Below are positions 39,258 to 48,079 of a DNA stretch of 64,000 nucleotides, in pieces. This DNA comes from Candidatus Woesebacteria bacterium (GTDB taxonomy: Bacteria > Patescibacteriota > Microgenomatia > UBA8517), in assembly GCA_016700095.1 (NCBI GenBank), contig CP065002.1, positions 432,463 through 496,462 on the forward strand. Direction: 5' to 3'. The translations under genes and the position numbers were made by a program. Position 1 is the first letter of the stretch. Every line of letters begins with the position of its first letter. The notes beneath the pieces were generated by a model that was not told the DNA's origin, made no database searches, and saw nothing but the letters and a program-made list of their open reading frames with translations.

Positions 39258-39983
39258 ATGGATGAAGAAAGCCCATATCTTGAAACACATAGATTTCAAA
39301 TAAATGAAACCAGCAAAGTAAAGCTGCGTAAATTCAGAAAATTATTAACCGAAACACAAACCAAGCATCCTGAAATAATTGCTGCAACAGTTTTTGGTTC
39401 GCAAATAATTGGTAAGGCGACCGATATAAGTGATATTGACGCTGTTGTTTTTGTAGATGTAAATAAAGCTGGACTAAGTGACAAACCGGACGCATTGTTT
39501 TCAGACACGCGAGGAGACCAAAATTGGGAACAGGTGAATGGACAGATCGGGGATGTCTTTAGGAATAAAGCCTCAAAGTTATTGCCCAGCGCAGAAGCTA
39601 AACAAGGTATCAAATTACGCTTGATATCTGAAGCGCGAATAAATAATGAAATGGACAATCTCATTAACTATCAGCAACAAATAGATGCAAAGAAAGCGGA
39701 TGGTGGAATATCAAGTGTTGTCGAAAGATCCAGGTCTGATATACATTATTTATTTCATCTGCAAATTGGAGGTAGTGATTTGGAGAAGTACCGGTGCATT
39801 GTGTTAGACAGATTAGCTGCGCTTGGGGAATTGGGTGATGAAATTTGGCGTGATCGTATAGTATTTGGTGTACAGTTTGATGAGAATGCAAGGTTAGGAG
39901 AAGTTGATCGCACATCAAATGAACTTTTTCCGCTGTCTATCGAGAAAGCAAGAGAAAAATTTGGTACATATCCTTCTAATTAA
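39258..39983 (+). CDS. Polβ-superfamily nucleotidyltransferase-domain protein
   Basis: 'TVFGSQIIGKATDISDIDAVVFVD' (GS…DxD NTase motif). Helical C-terminal half. Confidence 0.6.
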   Translation: MDEESPYLETHRFQINETSKVKLRKFRKLLTETQTKHPEIIAATVFGSQIIGKATDISDIDAVVFVDVNKAGLSDKPDALFSDTRGDQNWEQVNGQIGDVFRNKASKLLPSAEAKQGIKLRLISEARINNEMDNLINYQQQIDAKKADGGISSVVERSRSDIHYLFHLQIGGSDLEKYRCIVLDRLAALGELGDEIWRDRIVFGVQFDENARLGEVDRTSNELFPLSIEKAREKFGTYPSN

Positions 39984-40132
39984 TTGGTGAGAATTAAATT
40001 CGCGTAAAGTTAGAAAATATGAGACTTCCTTGTTCCCAGGGTACCTATATTAAAAATTGAACACCCTAATCTCATATAATCATTGTCGATTTTTCGCATG
40101 TAGCATCACAAGGGATGCTATAATTCGCCATC

Positions 40133-40732
40133 ATGAGGGTAGAAATAGAGCCGCCATGTCCGTTGCTTCATTTTGGTGTTGAGAGTGTAACCTTTGAATT
40201 GTCTTCAGTAGCCGTATGGGTAATAGTTTATAAAGAGGGGGTTCCGGCTTATTTTCTTACTGTGCAACAGGCAGATAAACCGGGTAATCCCTGGGGTGTC
40301 CCAGCGGGAAAAGTAATTAAGAGCGATAATACACCTCAAGAAGCGGGTGTTAGAGAGTTGCGAGAAGAAACAGGAATAATAGTACAGACTGATGATCTAC
40401 GATATTTAACTTGGAGCTGGGAGCACCCTGATGCTAAATCCGGCCACTTAATGTATGGTGTAGAGATAGACATTAGTCAACTAGACACTAAGGAGCCTCA
40501 GGTTTTAGATGGTGGAACAATAATATTTGAACCTCCAGCTAGTGTAGATAAACAAGAAATATCGTTCTTAGCATTGGTTCCTGTAGAGTTAGCGTTTAAG
40601 CCAAACGTACTAAATGACAAGCCTTATCATTTCCAAGAAACATATCGCGGATTAGCATCGTTGCGAAGAGTGGGAATAATTAGCGGAAATTATGGCTTTG
40701 AAAAAGATCCTTATTTATTTGATGATGAATAA
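40133..40732 (+). CDS. NUDIX hydrolase
   Basis: Nudix box 'GKVIKSDNTPQEAGVRELREETGI'. Confidence 0.7.
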   Translation: MRVEIEPPCPLLHFGVESVTFELSSVAVWVIVYKEGVPAYFLTVQQADKPGNPWGVPAGKVIKSDNTPQEAGVRELREETGIIVQTDDLRYLTWSWEHPDAKSGHLMYGVEIDISQLDTKEPQVLDGGTIIFEPPASVDKQEISFLALVPVELAFKPNVLNDKPYHFQETYRGLASLRRVGIISGNYGFEKDPYLFDDE

Positions 40733-40888
40733 TTGGTGGTAAGCTAAATGTGGTGCGCTTTAATCACTAAACTTCGAACAATTTGGTGCAAAATTAGTCA
40801 GTTTAATCTCCATAGATGGCAGAAGTTCACAACTTTGTAGTCAGCTATAAGCTTTGTCTAATTTTTGATAAGATACTCTCATACGGCA

Positions 40889-41404
40889 ATGAAAATTATT
40901 CTTACAATGGCAGTTTCAGCTAATGGAATTATTGCTTCAAAATCAGGAAGTGAAGATTTTCTCTCACATACTAACTGGTTACAGTTCGTTAGGTTAGCAA
41001 AGAGAGTTGGTTGCTTCATGTGGGGAAGAAAAACATACGAAGCAGTTATTAAATGGGAAGGAGATTACATCAAAGATCTCGATGGAGTTAAAAAAGTAAT
41101 TGTTTCTCAATCAAATCTCGATCTTAAAGAGGGATTTGTATCTGTTAACTCTCCAGAAAACGCATTAGAAATGCTTAATGCTGATGGCTTTACAGAAGCA
41201 ATAATTACAGGAGGTTCCACCCTGAACAGTGCATTTGCTGAAAAAGGACTGATTGATGAAGTTATCCTTGATGTTAACCCTTCTATTTTAGGAGAAGGCA
41301 TACCAGTGTTTAATCCCTCTGACTTCCTGCTGACCTTAGATTTAATCGATGTTGAAAGAATCAACGATGGAATTGTTGAAATGCATTATAGAGTAATAAA
41401 ATAA
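40889..41404 (+). CDS. RibD C-terminal-domain / dihydrofolate-reductase-fold family protein
   Basis: 'MKIILTMAVSANGII…' and 'AIITGGSTLNSAF…LIDEVILDVNPSILGEGIPVF'. The track start at 40865 is TTG and the ATG is at 40889. Confidence 0.6.
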   Translation: MKIILTMAVSANGIIASKSGSEDFLSHTNWLQFVRLAKRVGCFMWGRKTYEAVIKWEGDYIKDLDGVKKVIVSQSNLDLKEGFVSVNSPENALEMLNADGFTEAIITGGSTLNSAFAEKGLIDEVILDVNPSILGEGIPVFNPSDFLLTLDLIDVERINDGIVEMHYRVIK

Positions 41405-41444
41405 TCTCCCAAAGATATGGAAGTCGAGATTAGTTCAGTGAGGC

Positions 41445-41465
41445 TTGGCAGGGGTGGAGGGAATC
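41445..41465 (-). repeat. 21-bp direct repeat of the tRNA-Trp 3' end (att-like scar)
   Basis: 'cttggcaggggtggagggaatc' at 41445-41465 equals 41556-41576 (tRNA 3' acceptor/T-stem plus 2 nt). Confidence 0.8.
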
Positions 41466-41557
41466 CCTTCGACACCTTTTACTTGCTCAGGGTAAACTTC
41501 TCATCCCTGCAATATTAATAACCAAAAATTCCAGATCTACGACCGGGAATTATTACT

Positions 41558-41631
41558 TGGCAGGGGTGGAGGGAATCGAACCCCCAATAGCGGTTTTGGA
41601 GACCGCTGTTATACCATTTAACTACACCCCT
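41558..41631 (-). tRNA. tRNA-Trp (anticodon CCA)
   Basis: Reverse complement AGGGGTGTAGTTAAATGGTATAACAGCGGTCTCCAAAACCGCTATTGGGGGTTCGATTCCCTCCACCCCTGCCA. 7-bp acceptor, anticodon loop CUCCAAA, GGTTCGATTCC T-loop, encoded CCA. Confidence 0.9.
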
Positions 41632-41635
41632 ATAT

Positions 41636-41800
41636 AACAAACAACAAACAACAACCAACACCCAACCTTCCAGCAAACAACAACCAACCCCCAACAAACA
41701 ACAAACAACAACCAACACCCAACCTTCCAGCAAACAACAAACAACCCCCAACAAACAACATACAACAACCAACCTTCCAACAAACAACTTCTTTAGGTTG
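41636..41800. repeat. CA-rich tandem repeat (~57-bp unit, ~2.5 copies, built from ACAAACAAC motifs)
   Basis: 'aacaaacaacaaccaacacccaaccttccagcaaacaaca…' occurs twice plus a partial third copy. The antisense 'VVCCLL' ORF is an artefact. Confidence 0.85.
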
Positions 41801-41940
41801 ACATCCAACTTCCGAGTAAAAAAATTAACTTCTAATTAACTACAATCATCAATGGTTAAATATTGACAACTTACGGGATACTGGAATGTTGGGTTGTTAC
41901 AAGCAATTATACAATACGTGTGAAATTATCGCAGAGAAGA

Positions 41941-42651
41941 TTATTGTGCTATTACTTTTCCGTCAAATTTCATTGTTTGAAATACGGTGTTAACAAATTT
42001 TTCGGCTTCTGCGGAGTACTTGTAGTAGTAAACGTTCATTAAAAAATAATCATTTGTCACAGGGTGTGTGAGCTGATAAATTGAGAATGCATGTCCATCC
42101 TTAAATATATGCAGAGTACTATCCCATTCATATCCGCCGTAGTTATACTTATTATTTACTGAAAAATCGAGGTTTGTGTCATCCCCACTTCTGCCACCCT
42201 CTGTTGGCTTTATCTCAATAATATTGTTACTGAAAGTACAGGAAAGGTATTTATTCACCGAATACTCCTTGTTAACTAATTCGCATATTGGGGGAATATC
42301 AAGTGTGAATGACAACGAATCCGTGAGATTATAAGAAGAAATAAACTGATTATCTTTTAGGCTATATTCATTAACCTTTGGAATCGTTTTGGTGGGATAG
42401 GGTTTTGGATATTCCCATCCATTTGATGTGATGCATATTTTAGGATCATTTGGGTCACCTTTGAATGTATGACCCTTTTCAGATAAACAATCTTCGTATG
42501 AAGGTACGCTTGGAGGGCAGTACTTGGTATGAGTGGATCTGCAAATTTCGTCAGATTGGTTTATTCTTCGCGTGCTTATAACAAATAAACTAATGAGGAT
42601 AAACGCTACGGTTGAAGCAAGTAATAATAAATTTCTTCGGAAAACTTTCAT
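41941..42651 (-). CDS. Hypothetical secreted/membrane-anchored Cys-containing protein
   Basis: N-terminal signal/TM 'LLLLASTVAFILISLFVIS'. No domain recognised. Confidence 0.45.
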   Translation of the reverse strand: MKVFRRNLLLLASTVAFILISLFVISTRRINQSDEICRSTHTKYCPPSVPSYEDCLSEKGHTFKGDPNDPKICITSNGWEYPKPYPTKTIPKVNEYSLKDNQFISSYNLTDSLSFTLDIPPICELVNKEYSVNKYLSCTFSNNIIEIKPTEGGRSGDDTNLDFSVNNKYNYGGYEWDSTLHIFKDGHAFSIYQLTHPVTNDYFLMNVYYYKYSAEAEKFVNTVFQTMKFDGKVIAQ

Positions 42652-42711
42652 GGTAATATGATACCACTAAGAGTATAAGTTGGAGAATAGGTGTAAAAAA
42701 ACAGCGAGAGA

Positions 42712-42885
42712 TTACTTCAATTTTGTGGTTTCTTTGTGCTCAGTTTGTTTCTTGCACAGTTTACAAAACTTACTTAATTTAAGTTTTTCTTCCATATTTA
42801 ACTTGTTACGCGTTGTAACGTAATTTTGCGATTTACAAATTGCACAAATCATAGCGACTATTTCTGATTTTGATTTTCTTGCCAT
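42712..42885 (-). CDS. rpmG: 50S ribosomal protein L33
   Basis: 'MARKSKSEIVAMICAICKSQNYVTTRNKLNMEEKLKLSKFCKLCKKQTEHKE' follows the L33 zinc-ribbon pattern (C-x2-C…C-x2-C). I set the start to the internal ATG. Confidence 0.8.
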   Translation of the reverse strand: MARKSKSEIVAMICAICKSQNYVTTRNKLNMEEKLKLSKFCKLCKKQTEHKETTKLK

Positions 42886-43117
42886 AGATATTCTAAATGC
42901 TAAAGACTTCTTGGGAAACAAAAAGTTTCTTCGTAAGTTCTTCGCATTGTAGCACAACTTTTTGTTGGTATAAAGTATACAAGTTGTTGGTAAGACTTAG
43001 CTTATCTAAAACTGGCTTTAACTTGGCAACCAGTGATTACTTATATAAGTTATGTGAGTTTTGGATAAAAGTACTCGTGAATTGACATACGTCCTTTTAT
43101 AAATTAATAATAAATAT

Positions 43118-43417
43118 ATGACTATAGATGATTTTTTAGAGGAGTGGTCAAGCGTTCCGGGAGTGACTCCTCCCAACGATAAAGTTAAAACAGAATTTAA
43201 AAAGAAACATCAAGGAAATAATGGTAAGGATAAAAGGGGAAATAAAGGTAAGGTCGAACAAGCTGTACCAAGAAATCCTTCTTTGCCAATCCCGGGTAAT
43301 CCTGATACATTTAAAGCTTTACTGAGAGATGAATGGGACGAGTTGGCTGAATCAGGTCAGGTAAAACCAAGAGGTCCGAAAGATGATCACTGGTTGAGCA
43401 GGAAACGCAGTACGTAA
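43118..43417 (+). CDS. Hypothetical basic protein
   Basis: ATG start. Lys/Arg-rich. No domain. Confidence 0.35.
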   Translation: MTIDDFLEEWSSVPGVTPPNDKVKTEFKKKHQGNNGKDKRGNKGKVEQAVPRNPSLPIPGNPDTFKALLRDEWDELAESGQVKPRGPKDDHWLSRKRST

Positions 43418-43526
43418 AACAAGAAAATACTCTAGAAGATGCGGGAAGGTGCCTGAGTATTAAAAGGATCTCTTGAATCTCTTTTGATCTATTCTTGAGC
43501 GCCGCGCGAGTGAGCTTAAAATCAGG

Positions 43527-43596
43527 AGCCTGAGGAGGGGATTGAACCCTCGACCTAATTCTTGTGATTTATCATGCGACAGCTGCAAGAATGCGC
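43527..43596 (-). pseudogene. 5'-truncated pseudo-copy of tRNA-Thr(GGU) with a ~21-nt insertion in the anticodon loop, preceded by a duplicated 28-nt flank
   Basis: 43499-43592 repeats the unit [gcgccgcgcgagtgagcttaaaatcagg + tRNA 3' portion] of 43593-43692. The anticodon stem 'cattcttg[tgatttatcatgcgacagctg]caagaatg' is interrupted. The D-arm and 5' acceptor are missing. Confidence 0.8.
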
Positions 43597-43620
43597 CGCG
43601 CGAGTGAGCTTAAAATCAGG

Positions 43621-43692
43621 AGCCTGAGGAGGGGATTGAACCCTCGACCTCATTCTTACCAAGAATGCGCTCTACCACTGAGCTACCCAGGC
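43621..43692 (-). tRNA. tRNA-Thr (anticodon GGU)
   Basis: Reverse complement GCCTGGGTAGCTCAGTGGTAGAGCGCATTCTTGGTAAGAATGAGGTCGAGGGTTCAATCCCCTCCTCAGGCT. Cloverleaf with anticodon loop UUGGUAA. Confidence 0.85.
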
Positions 43693-44012
43693 ACATCGAA
43701 ATAACTTGCGCTTATGTCAAACCGCTAACTTCACGACAACCGCTCCTTTGTTTTTTTCTCTTCAAATTCTTCAGAAGAATTTGAATGAGTACATTTGTTC
43801 ATTGACAATTTTTGCAATAATCTGTGAGCTATGAACCTGTAAATTAGTAATATGCATTATTAAAAATTATAATTTGATGCCGTTTTTGTGATCAAATAAA
43901 CTTCCTGCAATTATCACAGGAATGTAAGTAAACACAACGTGCTTAGAGATTATACCAAATTTGTTTTAATCAAACTAACACTTGCAAATGTATTTGATAA
44001 GGTGTTTAAATT

Positions 44013-44828
44013 ATGTATATGGATCCGAAGAAAGTTGCCGTTACCGCTCTCGTTCTTGTCGTTGGACTTGGTGGAATTGTCTCAGGTGCTTTACTACTTC
44101 GCAGAAATACGGAAATTAGAGATCAAGCTGCGGTTCCCGGCGGAAGGGGATCGGTAAAAATTCTTCCCAATTCGGGATCGTATAACGTGAGTGACAACAT
44201 TCCCGTCAGTGTTTATTTCAACACTGATGGTGTCCCTGTTTCGGGAGTTTCGGTGAGAATTAGTTATCCCTTTTCGGGTACTACTCCCGAGGTTACAGTA
44301 AGTAATGTTGTAATTAATCCGGCTTTAACTTCCAATGCCGACTGGAGTTGCCCTACCAAAAACGTTGCCGAAGTTGGAGGTAATATAAATGTCGATGTCG
44401 CATGCGCAAATCTTGGCGCTGCCGGTTTTTCGTCAACCACCGACACGCTGTTGGCTTCCTTTAATTTAACAATTGCGAGAACTCCTTCGGCTTTGCCTTT
44501 TTCTGTGAAGGTTGATCCGATTTCTACGATTACCCAAAAATCAAATGGTGAGGATATATTGGCTAGTGACGCCACTACAACCGCCGTTTATACGATAGGC
44601 GGAACAGTCTCGCCAACTACGGCTCTTTCGGTTACCCCAACCTCAGCTGTCAAAACGACTCTTACCCCGACGGGAAAACTGACAACGACACCGACAAAAA
44701 TCCCTACTGCCACAAAAGCGGCTACGGGATCGGCGATGCTTCCTGATGCCGGCATTGCTACACCAACATTTGCCGTTATGGTGGTTGGTCTGATTGCTGT
44801 ATTTGCTTCACTAGCGCTTGCTTTGTAA
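44013..44828 (+). CDS. Surface protein with N-terminal signal/TM and C-terminal LPxTG-like (LPDAG) motif + hydrophobic anchor; Thr/Pro-rich stalk
   Basis: '…GSAMLPDAGIATPTFAVMVVGLIAVFASLALAL' at the C-terminus, a 'TPT' repeat stalk, and N-terminal TM 'VAVTALVLVVGLGGIVSGALLL'. Confidence 0.5.
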   Translation: MYMDPKKVAVTALVLVVGLGGIVSGALLLRRNTEIRDQAAVPGGRGSVKILPNSGSYNVSDNIPVSVYFNTDGVPVSGVSVRISYPFSGTTPEVTVSNVVINPALTSNADWSCPTKNVAEVGGNINVDVACANLGAAGFSSTTDTLLASFNLTIARTPSALPFSVKVDPISTITQKSNGEDILASDATTTAVYTIGGTVSPTTALSVTPTSAVKTTLTPTGKLTTTPTKIPTATKAATGSAMLPDAGIATPTFAVMVVGLIAVFASLALAL

Positions 44829-45000
44829 CCTTAGTTGCGTTTTATATCTTTATAAGTTTTTGTCTTAAATTTGTGACGACACATTACTTTTACGTAGATT
44901 AGCTATTGCTCAAAGCGGAGAATGATCAAATTACTTAAAAAAACCACAACCTAATAAGGTTAAGGTTATTTATCGAAGTCGTAACGTAGTAAATAATTGT

Positions 45001-45085
45001 GTGCTGAGGGAGGGATTCGAACCCCCGTAGCCCGTTCGGGCGCGAGATTTACAGTCTCGTGCGATTGGCCGCTCCGCCACCTCAG
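45001..45085 (-). tRNA. tRNA-Tyr (anticodon GUA, long variable arm)
   Basis: Reverse complement GCTGAGGTGGCGGAGCGGCCAATCGCACGAGACTGTAAATCTCGCGCCCGAACGGGCTACGGGGGTTCGAATCCCTCCCTCAGCA. Type II variable arm. Confidence 0.85.
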
Positions 45086-45193
45086 CTTAAGATTCACTAA
45101 AATACATTTGACCCCGAAAACGTGAATATTTAATTCTTACAAAATATTGTTAGCGATACAATACGATACTTTCAATACTGTGTATGTGATTTG

Positions 45194-45266
45194 AGCCGAA
45201 GGTGGGAGTCGAACCCACGACCTGCTGGTTACAAAACAGCTGCTCTGGCCACTGAGCTACTTCGGC
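45194..45266 (-). tRNA. tRNA-Thr (anticodon UGU)
   Basis: Reverse complement GCCGAAGTAGCTCAGTGGCCAGAGCAGCTGTTTTGTAACCAGCAGGTCGTGGGTTCGACTCCCACCTTCGGCT. Anticodon loop UUUGUAA. One U·C mismatch closes the anticodon stem. Confidence 0.75.
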
Positions 45267-46048
45267 GCAAATGAAATTATATCAAATATTCTTTGTAAGC
45301 CAAAAAAATCGACCCTGCAAAAGACGAGGAATTCTTTCCTGGAATGATCCAGGTGGGAAGGCTGCCATAATTACCAAGGTAAAGACGGACTTGCCACAAG
45401 GTCCGAACGAGTCGGACTCCCAGAAAATAGTTGGTCAGGAAAGTAACTTCCTACTATCCTCACAGGGTCTAACCCATTATAGCTAGTTTAAAAACAAATG
45501 TCATTTTCAATTTTAGTCATGCTAATTACTAAGACCTGGGGGTAACTTGAAAGATGACAGATGATGCTATTTGATTGCCTGATTAGCAAAAAGCACTCTG
45601 TGCCGTTGGAAGGTGCGAAATTCACATAAACGAAATACCTGTCCTTGTGACTGGAATCTTTACATTTGGGTTGATAAATAATACTTAAACACATAAATTC
45701 TCGTTACCGTTAAACAATTTATACCAGCACAACTGATACGCCTTGTATTTTCTTTATGGTACTTCCACGCGATTTGTCGTTTGGATAAAAAAAGTTTCCA
45801 CATCGAAAGCGTAAAAAAATACTACGGACTTTAGTCCGTCGAGTATCGTTCCGGCTAATCGAAAAGTCGGGAAAATTCAGAAGATGAAGATTGCCCGAAA
45901 GTGACAAAAAGTATGCGAAGTGCGTTAGAGTAAAAGGGAAGCTATGGGTGTAAGTATCACCCTTGAGTCTCACTTTGTATGAATACATGTAAATAACCAA
46001 AACAGGAGGAAAAAAATACTTTGGTAAGTATAATTGTTGCGACTACTT

Positions 46049-46702
46049 TCAAATCAATGCAGGGCCGGGGAGCAAAATTCCGAGAATCAAATTAAGCAAA
46101 GGTCCAAGAAACGCAGTCAAGGGAGACGAACCGTTGACGGAAGCAAAAATCAGAAAGAAAAGAATTATCATACCGTAGCGATTGAGAAAAAGGTCGGCAT
46201 CGGCCGCCTCACGTGCCGGCAATAGCGCTATAAAAATCTTGCCTCCATCCAGAGGATGAATGGGCAATAAATTAAACACAGCAAGCAAAACATTTAAATA
46301 TATTAACGGTAATAAAAAAATGGTTAGCATTCCAAAGGGAGAAAACGGCGCGATAGCAAGTCTAATCAAAATGGATGCAATAACGGCGATTAGTAAATTT
46401 GACACTGGTCCTGCAAGGGCAATCAGAGCCGAATCACGACGAGGATACTTTAGATTATATGGATCAAATCGAACCGGCTTTGCCCAACCAAAGGGGATTA
46501 CCGGAAAATGAAACGCATGTAGTATTACGAGTATCAATAAAATACTTGTGCCGATTGGGTCATAATGAACGATTGGGTTAAGCGACAATCTTCCCATGAG
46601 CCTCGCTGTCGGGTCACCGAGTTTGTCTGCCATCCAAGCGTGAGCCGCTTCATGAAAGGTGATCGCGATAATAAAAGCTACAATCGAGGCGAGTATTTCC
46701 AT
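46049..46702 (-). CDS. Site-2-protease-family (peptidase M50) membrane zinc metalloprotease
   Basis: 'HEAAHAWMADKLGD' HExxH in TM1, 'LNPIVHYDPIGT', and 'NLLPIHPLDGGK' (LDG motif). Confidence 0.8.
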   Translation of the reverse strand: MEILASIVAFIIAITFHEAAHAWMADKLGDPTARLMGRLSLNPIVHYDPIGTSILLILVILHAFHFPVIPFGWAKPVRFDPYNLKYPRRDSALIALAGPVSNLLIAVIASILIRLAIAPFSPFGMLTIFLLPLIYLNVLLAVFNLLPIHPLDGGKIFIALLPAREAADADLFLNRYGMIILFFLIFASVNGSSPLTAFLGPLLNLILGILLPGPALI

Positions 46703-46827
46703 ATTTTATGTTTATGTTAGAATAATCCTGGTTAAATTATTATCTTTGAAAAAAGAAACTTTTAATAGTATAATTCACAAGGTATCATTAATCAAAGGAT
46801 AAGTTTGTAGTACCTTTTATAAATCCA

Positions 46828-47079
46828 ATGTCATACATTTGCGAAATTTGCGGAAAGAAATCAGCTGTAGGCAGAAGCCAACAGCATAAACGAGGCGTTG
46901 CCGGTAAGCGGTGGAGAAAACGTGCACAAGAAACTGCGCGTGTATTTAAACCCAACTTGCAGAAGAAAACTTTTGTCGTGTCAGGCGAAAACATCCAAAT
47001 GCGTGCGTGCACGAAATGTATCAAAGCCGCAAAGAAATTCGGTAAAGTAAAAGACTATAAATCAATCTCCGTCTTGTAA
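46828..47079 (+). CDS. rpmB: 50S ribosomal protein L28
   Basis: 'MSYICEICGKKSAVGRSQQHKRG…KPNLQKK', L28 family. Confidence 0.8.
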   Translation: MSYICEICGKKSAVGRSQQHKRGVAGKRWRKRAQETARVFKPNLQKKTFVVSGENIQMRACTKCIKAAKKFGKVKDYKSISVL

Positions 47080-47155
47080 CGTCTTCAGACACTATTGGAA
47101 CTAAACCCAAGAAAGCTAAATTGCCCAATTTGGGAATGTTACTTGGCAAAAAAAG

Positions 47156-48079
47156 TTACACAACTTTGTATACTTCCAGGAATTGTTTCCAAGAAACGGG
47201 GTTTTTGCCTTCTAACTGAACAGTAATGATTTCAAGATTGTCATTATGTGCTTTAACTTCGAGAATTTTAAGCCGTTTACCGGTTTTTCCAATTTCCAGT
47301 TTTGTCCAAGCTCCCGGCCAAGGTGTAAGTGCCCGTACGAAACGGTCAATGTTTATAGGTGTGGGTTTAATTTGGTAGTTTTTTATGTATGGTATATCCC
47401 ACACATAATCGGTTGGTTCGCCTGTAATGGCGGATTTTAAAAATTTCCAATCAACGAAACCATCGTCTCTTTTTATGAGTCGGGTGAAAGTTGCTAACTC
47501 ATGATCTTGTGGTTTGAGATTTACCTTGCCTTTGATGTATGCGGGTAAAAGGGTTTTGATGACCTCGGCGCTTTTTTCAAATAGTCGGACCCGAAGGGTT
47601 GCGAGTGTATCGTTTTCTTCCAGTGTATCCTTAAACTGCGTCACGATGGGTCCGTGATCCATTTTCTCATCTAACTTAATTATCGTAACTCCACAATCTT
47701 CACCTATTGTAAGTGTCGATTGAACCGGCGAAGCTCCGCGTAATTTGGGTAGTAAGGATGGGTGAACGTTTAAAATACCATAGGGGAAATAATTTATAAC
47801 GTCGTTTGGGATAATAGCACCGTAGGCGGCAAGTATAGCAATATCGGCAGGAACTTTTTCTCTTAGGACGTCTTGCGGAGTATAAAGTCTGGGAATAGAT
47901 TTTTTGTACGCCCAATTATCGACTGCCGAAAAAGTATTAATCTTTTGTCTACCTGTCGGTTGCGGTGGTTGTGTTACAACGGCTTTGATACATGATCCGT
48001 CAACGGAGCTGAACGTTTTATGTAAAACATTTAGTACTGGAATTACGTTGTCGGGTGTTCCAAAAAAAACTATTTTCAT
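47156..48079 (-). CDS. fmt: Methionyl-tRNA formyltransferase
   Basis: 'MKIVFFGTPDNVIPVL…', formyltransferase core 'NVHPSLLPKLRGASPVQ', C-terminal domain, and def-fmt operon context. Confidence 0.9.
   Translation of the reverse strand: MKIVFFGTPDNVIPVLNVLHKTFSSVDGSCIKAVVTQPPQPTGRQKINTFSAVDNWAYKKSIPRLYTPQDVLREKVPADIAILAAYGAIIPNDVINYFPYGILNVHPSLLPKLRGASPVQSTLTIGEDCGVTIIKLDEKMDHGPIVTQFKDTLEENDTLATLRVRLFEKSAEVIKTLLPAYIKGKVNLKPQDHELATFTRLIKRDDGFVDWKFLKSAITGEPTDYVWDIPYIKNYQIKPTPINIDRFVRALTPWPGAWTKLEIGKTGKRLKILEVKAHNDNLEIITVQLEGKNPVSWKQFLEVYKVV

Noticed and set aside
41515-41808. Minus-strand ORF 'VVCCLLGVVCCLLEGWVLVVVCCLL…'
   Set aside because: It is a translation artefact of the CA-rich tandem repeat next to tRNA-Trp, and it overlaps the tRNA itself.
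42886-42957. N-terminal 24-aa extension of the L33 ORF
   Set aside because: The extension is non-conserved and hydrophobic. The canonical L33 sequence begins at the internal ATG (MARKSKSEIV…).
45271-45486. Possible SRP-RNA-like motif ('aaggtccgaacgag…gtcaggaaag')
   Set aside because: There is only a loose resemblance to the helix-8 GGAA-tetraloop consensus (AGGUCCGGAAGGAAGC). The hairpin is a simple perfect stem without the characteristic internal loops. I keep it only as part of the broader 'possible ncRNA' note.
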